Shown here in pieces: positions 35,329 to 44,481 of a stretch of DNA of 44,584 nucleotides. The notes beneath the pieces were generated by a model. The model did no database searches. It worked only from the letters and a program-made list of their open reading frames with translations, and was not told the origin of the DNA. The position numbers were made by a program, and so were the translations under genes. Origin of the DNA: a virus; IMG/VR virus record IMGVR_UViG_3300002307_000022, positions 1 through 44,584 of that record. One strand, 5' to 3'. Position 1 is the stretch's first letter. Each line of letters begins with the position of its first letter.

Positions 35329-36378
35329 ATGTTAAAATTAAATGATACTATTACTCTATGTGAACATTGTTACCGGCACGTTCCTGCTGAAAAATTTGAG
35401 AGAGATGGTAGTATATGGTTAGGTAAAATTTGTCCAGCCCACGGATATATTGAAAATTTAATAGAACCCGATGCTGAGTTTTATATGAATTATGATTATA
35501 AAATTAAACTACCAAAAGGATATTTTATAGACATTACCAATCGATGTAATCTTAAATGTCAGCATTGTTATCAAGTACCAGATAATATGTCTACAGATAG
35601 ATCACTCAATGCTATATTAGATCAAATAATGTCTTGGGAAGACGATGCATACGGACTAGCATTAGTTGGTGCTGAACCAACTATGCGTAAAGATTTAGAT
35701 ATATTAGTTAAATCTGTTTTTGAATTGCCTATAAAAACTCGAAGAACAATAATACTTTCAAATGGAGTTCGATTATCTGATATAGATTATGCTAGAAAAT
35801 TTGTAGGAATTGAAAAACTAATTTGGACTTTTGGATTAAATCATCCAGATTATCACGGATCAAAAATAAGAAACAAACAGATGATTGGTATTGAAAATTG
35901 TATTAAATTAGGATTAACTATAAAAGATATTAGTTACACGTTAGATGATATGTCTCAAATAGAATATTGTTTAGAAGAGATACAAGAGCTTTATAAAAAA
36001 ACTTCTGCAAATTTTAGAATAAGATGTAGTGCTGATATCGGCAGAAATCCAAAACAGCCACAAATTTATTTAAGCCAGTTAGTACAAAGAACAAAAGAAA
36101 TAGCAGCTAAAAATAATTGGTCTATTACTCCGTTAGAAAAAGATGGCATTAGAGCGCATTATCCATTTATGATTAACGGTATATATGTTAAGATTATACA
36201 GTGGCCAGATTCTGGTACATTAGATTTAGAAGAGATACAAACCGAAGCGTGGGCAGATATATTGCCAGATTATCCAATTTCGCCATTGGTGCATCAGGTT
36301 ATACTAAGAGATGCATTATTGAATAAGGGATTACCGTTACCAGATTTAGTTCCTGAAAAATATAGGAGACATCCATGA
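35329..36378 (+). CDS. radical SAM enzyme with N-terminal CxxC..CxxH metal ribbon (Tes/GDGT-MAS/MJ0619-like N-terminus)
   Basis: TLCEHC...KICPAHG; DITNRCNLKCQHCY; GAEPT; SNG. Confidence 0.8.
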   Translation: MLKLNDTITLCEHCYRHVPAEKFERDGSIWLGKICPAHGYIENLIEPDAEFYMNYDYKIKLPKGYFIDITNRCNLKCQHCYQVPDNMSTDRSLNAILDQIMSWEDDAYGLALVGAEPTMRKDLDILVKSVFELPIKTRRTIILSNGVRLSDIDYARKFVGIEKLIWTFGLNHPDYHGSKIRNKQMIGIENCIKLGLTIKDISYTLDDMSQIEYCLEEIQELYKKTSANFRIRCSADIGRNPKQPQIYLSQLVQRTKEIAAKNNWSITPLEKDGIRAHYPFMINGIYVKIIQWPDSGTLDLEEIQTEAWADILPDYPISPLVHQVILRDALLNKGLPLPDLVPEKYRRHP

Positions 36379-37181
36379 TTAGAGGAATCAACAATCAACC
36401 ATATATTAATATGGAACCATATTTAGATATGGATGCATTTGAAAAAATGCAACCAGAAATATACAGAGGATTTAGCGAAGCTAGAGAATTTGCCAAAGAA
36501 GGCACATGGATGAAACCTGGTTTTAATTTTAAAGATATGAGTTATAACATACACTGGAAACCAATTTATAAGGCAATTGAAGAATTTTTAGCTCTTCCAG
36601 ATACTGATCCTATAAAATTAGGAGGTATTGATCTGTATAGAGATTTTCACGATTTTCGAATTAGAAATAAATTTACTAGATACATAAAAATGGCTATGGG
36701 AGCTTATGATCCGTATATCTATTATTTTTTATGGGAGCAAGGCAGCTGGGATGATAGATCTGCTGTTAGAAAACTAACAGAAGAAGCAGTATATTTTCCA
36801 AATGTTGTTAAATGGATAGAAAAAATGATAGACGACAATATCTTTGAAAGCATTGGTAGAGTAATATTCTTTCACTGTGAAGCAGACGGTATACCATTTG
36901 AACATCGAGATCTTGACGGTAATAAAGGAACTAATCAAACATACAGTATGCATAGGAATGAATATATACATATTCGACCAAATACTAAAAAAGCATTTTA
37001 TTTATGGGATCCGGAAAAGAAAAATAAAATTTATTTAAACACTCGTGCGGCATGGTGGAATGATCAAGACTGGCACGGTGGTGAAAAGATTATGGAACAA
37101 AGCTATGGTCTTAGAATAGATGGAACATTTACAGAAGATTTTAGAAAAAAATTAGGAATAGCACATCTGGAGGGCTACTGA
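36375..37181 (+). CDS. 2OG-Fe(II)/cupin oxygenase-like protein
   Basis: IGRV, EHRD, DWHGG, LRIDG (HxD..H..R). Confidence 0.65.
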   Translation: MIRGINNQPYINMEPYLDMDAFEKMQPEIYRGFSEAREFAKEGTWMKPGFNFKDMSYNIHWKPIYKAIEEFLALPDTDPIKLGGIDLYRDFHDFRIRNKFTRYIKMAMGAYDPYIYYFLWEQGSWDDRSAVRKLTEEAVYFPNVVKWIEKMIDDNIFESIGRVIFFHCEADGIPFEHRDLDGNKGTNQTYSMHRNEYIHIRPNTKKAFYLWDPEKKNKIYLNTRAAWWNDQDWHGGEKIMEQSYGLRIDGTFTEDFRKKLGIAHLEGY

Positions 37182-37675
37182 TGAAATTTATAGGAAACTT
37201 TAGTAACTGGATTGATCCGGAATGGGTTAACTATATAATGAACAACACCGGAATGGAAAGACCCGGAAAAAGTGTAAATCCAGATACAGAAGAATTCCGT
37301 AAAGCAACTGCATCGGGGTATGATCTTAGTAAAACATATTGGCATTCGTATGATACTAGATCGTTTCCCTTTAATGTTACTCTACCGTTTAAAACAGATA
37401 CTATAGAACAATGGTGGTTTATTAAAATGATGCCTGGAAATTTTATGCCAATACATAGAGATGTGTTTTTACCAGAAAGAAAAAATTATACTCGATACTG
37501 GATGCCTTTACAAGATTACCAACCTGGGCATATTTTTGTATACGATAAACTATTTGTGACTGATTATAAGGCTGGAGATATGTGGGTATACGACGATCCG
37601 GATACATTGCATGGAGCTTGTAACATAGGATATACACCTAGACTAACATTTCAATGTTCAACATATGAGGAGTAA
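37181..37675 (+). CDS. 2OG-Fe(II) oxygenase (AspH-like)
   Basis: PG..MPIHRD, LHGACN, PRLTFQ. Confidence 0.75.
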   Translation: MKFIGNFSNWIDPEWVNYIMNNTGMERPGKSVNPDTEEFRKATASGYDLSKTYWHSYDTRSFPFNVTLPFKTDTIEQWWFIKMMPGNFMPIHRDVFLPERKNYTRYWMPLQDYQPGHIFVYDKLFVTDYKAGDMWVYDDPDTLHGACNIGYTPRLTFQCSTYEE

Positions 37676-37679
37676 AAAG

Positions 37680-38207
37680 ATGATGAAATTTATAGACAAT
37701 GTTAAAGATCAATTAAATTTAGATATATTAGAACATTTAGAAAAATCAAATGGTGATACTGTACCAGTATGGCAACCTGATAGATGGAAGGGACATCCTA
37801 TGCTAGATGAAGCTAGGGAAAGAGCTAGGTGGGGATATAGTAATAAAGATCACGATTTTCAACAATTTAATGAGCGGTCTACTGATATGATAGCGTACAA
37901 TTTAAAATTGCCGCGCATACCCAATGACGATCGAAAAATGCTTTGGTGGTTTATAAAATTATTACCTGGACAAATGCAAGCTATGCACTTTGATCCTCAT
38001 TTGTTAGAAACTAAAAATCCAAAAAGATACACTGTATTTTTACAAGATTTTATTTCAGGACATATATTTGTGTGGAACGATCAAATAATTTCAAATTATA
38101 AAGCAGGAGATTTATTTGAATGGACCGATCCAATGTGCTATCACGGGTGTGTAAATATTGGGTATGATACTAGATACACATTACAAATTACTACTATCGA
38201 TAGCTAA
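37680..38207 (+). CDS. 2OG-Fe(II) oxygenase (AspH-like)
   Basis: PGQMQAMHFD, YHGCVN, TRYTLQ; SD GAGGAG favours start 37680. Confidence 0.75.
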   Translation: MMKFIDNVKDQLNLDILEHLEKSNGDTVPVWQPDRWKGHPMLDEARERARWGYSNKDHDFQQFNERSTDMIAYNLKLPRIPNDDRKMLWWFIKLLPGQMQAMHFDPHLLETKNPKRYTVFLQDFISGHIFVWNDQIISNYKAGDLFEWTDPMCYHGCVNIGYDTRYTLQITTIDS

Positions 38208-38735
38208 TAAATGTAGCATATACTTGGGAGTTAATCCTGCATTAATTCCACTGTGCCAATTTTTATAATCAGCCCACTGATATATAGTACCTTGCTCTTG
38301 GTTAAAGAGATATTCATCCTCTACTATAAAGATATGACCGTGGACTGGTTTCTCTATAAAACAACTAATTCTTTTTGGATATCCTTTTTTTAGATATTCC
38401 AATTCATTATCATCAACATCCCAATGCCAAGGAGCAAAATATCCAGGATTAATTCTACTAATCCAAGAACGCAATGGTATCATTTTTAAATAATTGCTTA
38501 ATTTTAAAGTTACATCGTTTGAATAATGTACACCTGGATAATAATTTATCCATTCAATTGCTTGAGTATTAAATTTAGCATCATTCCAATTTTTATATAT
38601 TTCAGTATATCCTGGAGTATCTAATTTCCATTTTATTGGATCAGGAGTTATACTAATACCATCGTTAACAGAAAGTGTTTTTATTAAAGTATCCCAATCT
38701 TCTAAATGATTACAATTTCCAATAAATTTATTCAA
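38181..38735 (-). CDS. 2OG-Fe(II) oxygenase (AspH-like)
   Basis: ISRINPGYFAPWHWD, WHSGIN, PKYML. Confidence 0.75.
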   Translation of the reverse strand: MNKFIGNCNHLEDWDTLIKTLSVNDGISITPDPIKWKLDTPGYTEIYKNWNDAKFNTQAIEWINYYPGVHYSNDVTLKLSNYLKMIPLRSWISRINPGYFAPWHWDVDDNELEYLKKGYPKRISCFIEKPVHGHIFIVEDEYLFNQEQGTIYQWADYKNWHSGINAGLTPKYMLHLLAIDSSNL

Positions 38736-39306
38736 TTATATCTCCCATAAAACATTCTATATGAAATAGATACTGGGGTTTATTACTTGTATTTGAAGAT
38801 GAATGTAATTGATACATATTATCCCATTCATATATATTTCCTAAATCAATATTATGGAAACATTCATTATCTAATGTAAATACCTGCCCTATTATTGCAG
38901 GAGAAATAAAGCACACATAACGTTTAACTATTTTACCTGGTTTAACATTTGGTGTAGAATCTTCGTGCATAGGAACTAATGCGCCCGACGGTACTCGACT
39001 AATACTAGATGTTAATTCTATTCCACCAATAAATTTAGATACCTCAGTTGATATATCTAATCTATAATGTTTTTTAGGCCTATATAATTGAAAGTTAAAA
39101 CTATCTAAATTATATCCGTTTTCTATCCATTTTTTTGCAGTTGATCTATTATGATCTTTATCATCACAGTTATCACTATTTGTAGTTGTTAATATTTTAG
39201 TTATTAATTCCTTATCAAAATTTTCACCCGGCGATGTATCTTCTAAATGATCTATTACATCTTTCCAATTAATAAGGTGTGAACAGTTACCTAGATATTT
39301 ACTCAT
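38728..39306 (-). CDS. 2OG-Fe(II) oxygenase (AspH-like)
   Basis: ISRVPSG..VPMHED, LHSSSN; start 39306 chosen by paralog alignment. Confidence 0.7.
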   Translation of the reverse strand: MSKYLGNCSHLINWKDVIDHLEDTSPGENFDKELITKILTTTNSDNCDDKDHNRSTAKKWIENGYNLDSFNFQLYRPKKHYRLDISTEVSKFIGGIELTSSISRVPSGALVPMHEDSTPNVKPGKIVKRYVCFISPAIIGQVFTLDNECFHNIDLGNIYEWDNMYQLHSSSNTSNKPQYLFHIECFMGDIIE

Positions 39307-39982
39307 TAAATTTTTTCCAGTAAAACTCATTCAATGCATCTTCAGGCCATTTTATATAAGATTTAATTGCTTGTTTAAAAAATAATTCAAAATTTACACT
39401 ATCTCCATCTATAGCTTCTTTAAACCTACCAGATGAATCTTCGCCCATCATTCCGGTTAATCTAGATAATTTTAAAAAAGGGTTATTAATTTCAATACAA
39501 GCGTAGAAATCAAAAGTTTTTAATATTCCTAATTTGTTTATAAAAAAACAATGAGGATAAAGGCTCATTTTATAATATCCGGAATCAATTATATCATTTA
39601 AAATACAAAATAATTGTTCTTTCCAATTAGGGCAAAATTCTTCCAATTTACCTCCTTTGTTTATAATATCATTACAAGTTTCAGAGTTCCATTCGAAAAA
39701 TATTTTTTTATTATCAGTATCAATTTCTAAAAAATCCGGAGACCAAGAATAATTTTTGAAAATATTGATATTCATTAATTCTCTAGAAAAGAAATACTCA
39801 ATTAACTCATTATTAAATCCATTTCTAGGATTTCCATTGTCGAGTTGATACGGATCGTTAGCGTCCCAAGACATACATAATATATCTTTTGATGTATTCA
39901 TCTTAGGTGTATATAACAGATTAGATCTATGATATTTTCCATCCATAAATTTACCGTAGTTATTCCAATTTTCTGTATCCAT
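39299..39982 (-). CDS. protein-kinase-like/APH-fold protein, paralog of 34566
   Basis: NLLYTP, FSREL, P.FLEID..KKIFFE, KMSLYPHCFF, KTFDFY. Confidence 0.55.
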   Translation of the reverse strand: MDTENWNNYGKFMDGKYHRSNLLYTPKMNTSKDILCMSWDANDPYQLDNGNPRNGFNNELIEYFFSRELMNINIFKNYSWSPDFLEIDTDNKKIFFEWNSETCNDIINKGGKLEEFCPNWKEQLFCILNDIIDSGYYKMSLYPHCFFINKLGILKTFDFYACIEINNPFLKLSRLTGMMGEDSSGRFKEAIDGDSVNFELFFKQAIKSYIKWPEDALNEFYWKKFNE

Positions 39983-39987
39983 GTATA

Positions 39988-39995
39988 TATTTATA
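39988..39995 (-). promoter_or_regulatory. exact T4 late promoter consensus TATAAATA, leaderless
   Basis: 5 nt before ATG 39982; no SD. Confidence 0.65.
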
Positions 39996-40038
39996 GCCAT
40001 TAAATATGATACAAAAAAAATATAAAAATAAGTACAAT

Positions 40039-41424
40039 ATGAAAGACAAAATACAAGAATATGTTTCTCAAATAAAAGCTAAGACTGGAACTCCTACATT
40101 CTGTGCGCTACCTTGGATACATTTAGCTACTAGGCCAAACGGTGATGCTAGATTATGTTGTGTTACAAATGCTAGCGGAGCACATACTGGAGACCATACG
40201 GTTGGATTAGTTAAAAAAGAAAACGGACAACCTGCTAATTTTGGCGAAGATACTCCGCTAAGTGCATTTAATAACGAATATATGAGAGATGTTAGAAAGA
40301 CCATGCTAGCTGGTCAAATTCCAGCTAGTTGTACAAAGTGTTTTGAAGAAGAAACAAACGGTGTAATTAGTAAACGTCTGTGGGAATTGTACGAATGGAA
40401 TAAAGAAGGATTAAATTTTCAAGAGTTAATCGATAATACAAAAGAAGATGGAGAAATTCCACCGATAATACGATATTTGGATTTGAGATTAGGACATACT
40501 TGTAATCTCAAATGTGTAATGTGTAGTCCACACGATAGTAGTCGATGGGTACAAGATTATCCTAAGATGATAAGTGCGACAAAAAGTGAAACTGTGCTTA
40601 AACAAATTACTTGGGATAAGAAGAAATTTAATAATTATTGGTACCAAAAGCCCGAATTTTGGAATGAAATTTTTGATCAGATCCCCAATATAAGTCAAAT
40701 ATATTTTGCAGGCGGCGAGCCATTAATGATTGCCGAACATCGAAATTTCTTAGATGAAATAATTAGACGCGGATATAATAATAAAATTATGTTAAGATAT
40801 AATTCTAATGGTATAATGGTTAATGATGAAATAATAGAGCTCTGGTCTAAATTTAAACAAGTTAGATTTGCATTTAGCATAGATGCGATAATGGAAAAAA
40901 ATTGGTATATTAGATATCCAACTGCTTGGAAAGATATAGAAAAAAGTCTTACATTATTAGACAACACACCAGACAATATTCATGTACATATCGCGTGTGC
41001 TGTACAAGTATTCAATATAAAGCATATAATAGATTTCGCTAAGTGGAAATTAAATCAAAATTTTAAAAAAATAAACAAATTTAAAATGGATCAGTACGAA
41101 GCAGGTGGTGGAATTATAAATCTACATCTATTGTATATTCCTACATTCCTTAGTGCTAGAATTTTACCAAAAGAAGATAAAGACAAAATACGAATTATGT
41201 TTATAGAATTTAAACAATGGTTATGGGACAATTATAGACAAGATGATGCATTTTGGATAGATAATCCGTATGGGTGGAAAAGATGGGAAGCTATATTACG
41301 GTTTATTGAAACTGAAGATCACTCACATCTACTTCCGGATTTTAAAGAATATGTAAATAATTTGGATCGCATAAGAAATACTAATTCTAAAGATGTATTT
41401 CCCGAATTAAGTCATCTATTATAA
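40039..41424 (+). CDS. radical SAM enzyme with N-terminal twitch domain
   Basis: FCALPW..LCC..CTKC; CNLKCVMC; FAGGEP; ATAAGTA 4 nt upstream of ATG 40039. Confidence 0.9.
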   Translation: MKDKIQEYVSQIKAKTGTPTFCALPWIHLATRPNGDARLCCVTNASGAHTGDHTVGLVKKENGQPANFGEDTPLSAFNNEYMRDVRKTMLAGQIPASCTKCFEEETNGVISKRLWELYEWNKEGLNFQELIDNTKEDGEIPPIIRYLDLRLGHTCNLKCVMCSPHDSSRWVQDYPKMISATKSETVLKQITWDKKKFNNYWYQKPEFWNEIFDQIPNISQIYFAGGEPLMIAEHRNFLDEIIRRGYNNKIMLRYNSNGIMVNDEIIELWSKFKQVRFAFSIDAIMEKNWYIRYPTAWKDIEKSLTLLDNTPDNIHVHIACAVQVFNIKHIIDFAKWKLNQNFKKINKFKMDQYEAGGGIINLHLLYIPTFLSARILPKEDKDKIRIMFIEFKQWLWDNYRQDDAFWIDNPYGWKRWEAILRFIETEDHSHLLPDFKEYVNNLDRIRNTNSKDVFPELSHLL

Positions 41425-42321
41425 TTATTTCCATTTAGATATAGGAATATCTGCTTCACACGTACACCAGTTACGTGTACATATTACAGGATCTTCTGTA
41501 GATTTAAATGATCCTTGATATATATTACCTAATGATTCACCTACACGACAAGTAGCTCTATGCACCTCGCCGTCCCAGTTTATCATTAGGCTTTCTAATC
41601 CAGCATTACAAGACCATCCCTTAAATTGATTCATGTGGAGTTTTATTATATCATTAGCATGGTATTGTTCCATATCATTTATTAAACAATTTGGTACAGC
41701 AGTTGCAGTACTATCTTTAATCCATTCTAAATCCTGTGGATCGTATCTCATATCATCAAATAGATCGTGATTACCTTCAGTCCATCTTATACGGCGAATT
41801 ACATATGGAATTTTAAACATATGCAATGAAAATACATCCTCCTTTACAGCTTCCATATGTTTATGGTGTGCCATAACGTGTACTAGTATCTTAGTATCAG
41901 TTTTAGCAGAAGCAAATGCCAGTATATGATCAAACACTTGATCTTTATTTTTTTCATAATGTAAACTGAATACGTATTGATCCAAATATTTAGATTGATC
42001 CACATACCACTTTCCAGTTCGTGTACCGTTAGTAGTCATGCTTAACCAAACTATGTTCTTAGCATCGTTTATAGAAGCTAATAGCTCTTCTATATGAGGG
42101 TGTACGCTAGGCTCGCCGCCAGTAAGACTTAGACGCACAGGAGCGTCTAATGCGTTTAAAACCGCCACTGTAGCCCTGAGCTGTTCTATATCTATATGAG
42201 AACTATGATTATCGTGGATATATTCTGGACAATATGCACAATCTAGATTGCAGCGTTTTCCTAAATTCCATTCAATCTTTATTTTATCTTGATGTGGCCA
42301 TCGACTGGTTATTTTATACAT
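41425..42321 (-). CDS. radical SAM enzyme with C-terminal SPASM/twitch domain
   Basis: CNLDCAYC, LTGGEP, TTNG; C-terminal CNAG..TC..LGNIY..C...CTC. Confidence 0.9.
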   Translation of the reverse strand: MYKITSRWPHQDKIKIEWNLGKRCNLDCAYCPEYIHDNHSSHIDIEQLRATVAVLNALDAPVRLSLTGGEPSVHPHIEELLASINDAKNIVWLSMTTNGTRTGKWYVDQSKYLDQYVFSLHYEKNKDQVFDHILAFASAKTDTKILVHVMAHHKHMEAVKEDVFSLHMFKIPYVIRRIRWTEGNHDLFDDMRYDPQDLEWIKDSTATAVPNCLINDMEQYHANDIIKLHMNQFKGWSCNAGLESLMINWDGEVHRATCRVGESLGNIYQGSFKSTEDPVICTRNWCTCEADIPISKWK

Positions 42322-43222
42322 CTAAATTACTGTGTTTAAGCAAAGTATCCAAATATAAATCACTATTAAAAAAATCTATTCGTGTTACTACTGGATCGTT
42401 GCCTAAAACATCCTTCCCCCAATTAAATTTGCATTTATGATTTATCACATACCAATCACTTATTGTAGAATGATGATCTAAAAATGTATCAGTTATTATT
42501 ATTTCTCCTAAAAGATAATTTCCTAGTGATAGTGCATTTAGATTAGATAATGGTACAGTAAAATTAGAATTTTTAGCCCAATAATAGAATTTTCTAATAT
42601 CTCCAAATGCAAAGGGATAATCAATATCAAAAATTAATAAACTTTCAGAACTAATAGTGCTTTGAATATTTAAATCAGTTGTATCATCATCATTGTCTGA
42701 TATATCTTTCCAATCTTTTCCTAATGTTCCATAACCTAACAACAACCTTCCCCATTTTCTTTCAGTAGTTAACCAAAGTTTATATTCATCGGCAATTGGT
42801 ATATACTCAGTATTGGGTTGTTTATAAAATACCATAGATCGTTTATATTTAGAAAATCGTTCGTCTAATCTAGATTCTATAATGTGTATTAGTTTATTCA
42901 TTTCTAATAATTCAGAAGATACATCATTAAATGACACAATTACGTGATGTAAATCATTAAGCATTTTCTGCGTAACAGGAAAAGTTAATAATGGATATTC
43001 AATTTTTTTACATAATTTGTTTAATCTTTCAACTAAAGTTTCAATGTCAGTTGTAATAGAAATACCCATTTTAAAATTTTTAGAATCTTTATGTATATTT
43101 TGCCATATATGCTGTACTGGATTATCATTAAGGTGGTAATATAACTCTATTTCTTTCCCTAAAGATTCAATAGTAATTTTTGCAGTATTATATCCATTAG
43201 AATTATAAAATAAATCTTTCAT
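42314..43222 (-). CDS. hypothetical protein
   Basis: 302-aa ORF coupled on both sides; GYGTLGKDW. Confidence 0.75.
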   Translation of the reverse strand: MKDLFYNSNGYNTAKITIESLGKEIELYYHLNDNPVQHIWQNIHKDSKNFKMGISITTDIETLVERLNKLCKKIEYPLLTFPVTQKMLNDLHHVIVSFNDVSSELLEMNKLIHIIESRLDERFSKYKRSMVFYKQPNTEYIPIADEYKLWLTTERKWGRLLLGYGTLGKDWKDISDNDDDTTDLNIQSTISSESLLIFDIDYPFAFGDIRKFYYWAKNSNFTVPLSNLNALSLGNYLLGEIIITDTFLDHHSTISDWYVINHKCKFNWGKDVLGNDPVVTRIDFFNSDLYLDTLLKHSNLDV

Positions 43223-44481
43223 AGAAATTGTTTAAACTCCGGTATAATTTCTACTATTGATTTTTGTTTTCTAGAGATATCCAATCTTTCATTAAATTTT
43301 AAATAATTTTGCCAAAGACAACTTTGATCTGTTGAGTTTAGATAATTAATATTTCCGTCAATAACATTTGTAGTAATCCCTAAAAGAACAGGATTTTGTT
43401 TCACTAATTTAAAATCTTTTAACCTAGGTTTAATTAACTCTAACCTTTCAACTGCTATTTTTTTTAATTCTATAGGCAACACTTGTGCAGATAATAATTT
43501 AGGATATTCACAATAATTGTTGTAAAATACTATACCGAGATCATCTAGAAAATATTCAATCATTTTATCTAATATCATAATATTTCCGGCTTGGACACAA
43601 ACAGCACCAACTATACGAGAAATATTAGGAATAGTTTGTATTAATTTAATATTCTCTATCATAGTATTCCAATTAGCATTTCCTCTAATATGTTCATATG
43701 ATTCGCCTAATCCGTCAATACTAACATTTACTGCAACACTTTTAAATTTAGGCCAGTAATCCCAAACACTACGACCACCTTTTATTCCTAAAACACTCAT
43801 ATTAGTAGCGTACTTTATTTCAATTTGATGACCATAAAAAGCAAGCATATCTAAAATTCGATAATGTTGTGGATCCATAAGAGGTTCACCACCAGCAAAT
43901 TCAGCACGTCTAAAATATGGAATAATTTTTTCAAAACTATTCCACCAATTTGGATTATCATCAAATTTATCTAGATATGGTCTCTTCTTAAGGTTAAGAT
44001 CATTTATAGCATCTACCATAAAGTTACCTTCGGCTTTATAAAAATCTTCTACTTGATCCCAATCATTCCAGCTAGTACTATCCATTGGGTGACACATTTT
44101 ACATTTAAGATTACAAAGATTATTAAGTTTAATTTCCATAGTAGGAATTTCAAATGGCATAGTATAATCATCTCGCATATTTGATAATGCATTTGGATAT
44201 AAATTAATACGAGCTTCTGGAATAATACCTTTAATATGTCGCTGTCTTAGACTTTCAACTCCTTGATCCTCTATATTAAAACAAGAAGAACATGCTAACG
44301 GCCTTTGATCATTTAATACCTTTTGTCGTATATCTCGCATGGTACTATTATTCCATATATTTTCTAAAGTTTCGTCCTGTATCCATCCAACAGGTTGGCT
44401 TCGGCAACAAGCTAATATAGCACCATCTTCTCTAGTTGCTAATCCGGTAAAAGGATGCATACAAAATGTTTTACTTTTCAT
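43219..44481 (-). CDS. radical SAM enzyme with N-terminal twitch domain
   Basis: FCMHPF..ACC..CSSC; CNLKCKMC; FAGGEP. Confidence 0.9.
   Translation of the reverse strand: MKSKTFCMHPFTGLATREDGAILACCRSQPVGWIQDETLENIWNNSTMRDIRQKVLNDQRPLACSSCFNIEDQGVESLRQRHIKGIIPEARINLYPNALSNMRDDYTMPFEIPTMEIKLNNLCNLKCKMCHPMDSTSWNDWDQVEDFYKAEGNFMVDAINDLNLKKRPYLDKFDDNPNWWNSFEKIIPYFRRAEFAGGEPLMDPQHYRILDMLAFYGHQIEIKYATNMSVLGIKGGRSVWDYWPKFKSVAVNVSIDGLGESYEHIRGNANWNTMIENIKLIQTIPNISRIVGAVCVQAGNIMILDKMIEYFLDDLGIVFYNNYCEYPKLLSAQVLPIELKKIAVERLELIKPRLKDFKLVKQNPVLLGITTNVIDGNINYLNSTDQSCLWQNYLKFNERLDISRKQKSIVEIIPEFKQFL

Noticed and set aside
22712-42440. Opposite-strand ORFs within island genes (e.g. 22712-23176, 27601-27954, 30977-31255, 40068-40976)
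   Set aside because: They lie within motif-bearing CDSs and have no independent support.
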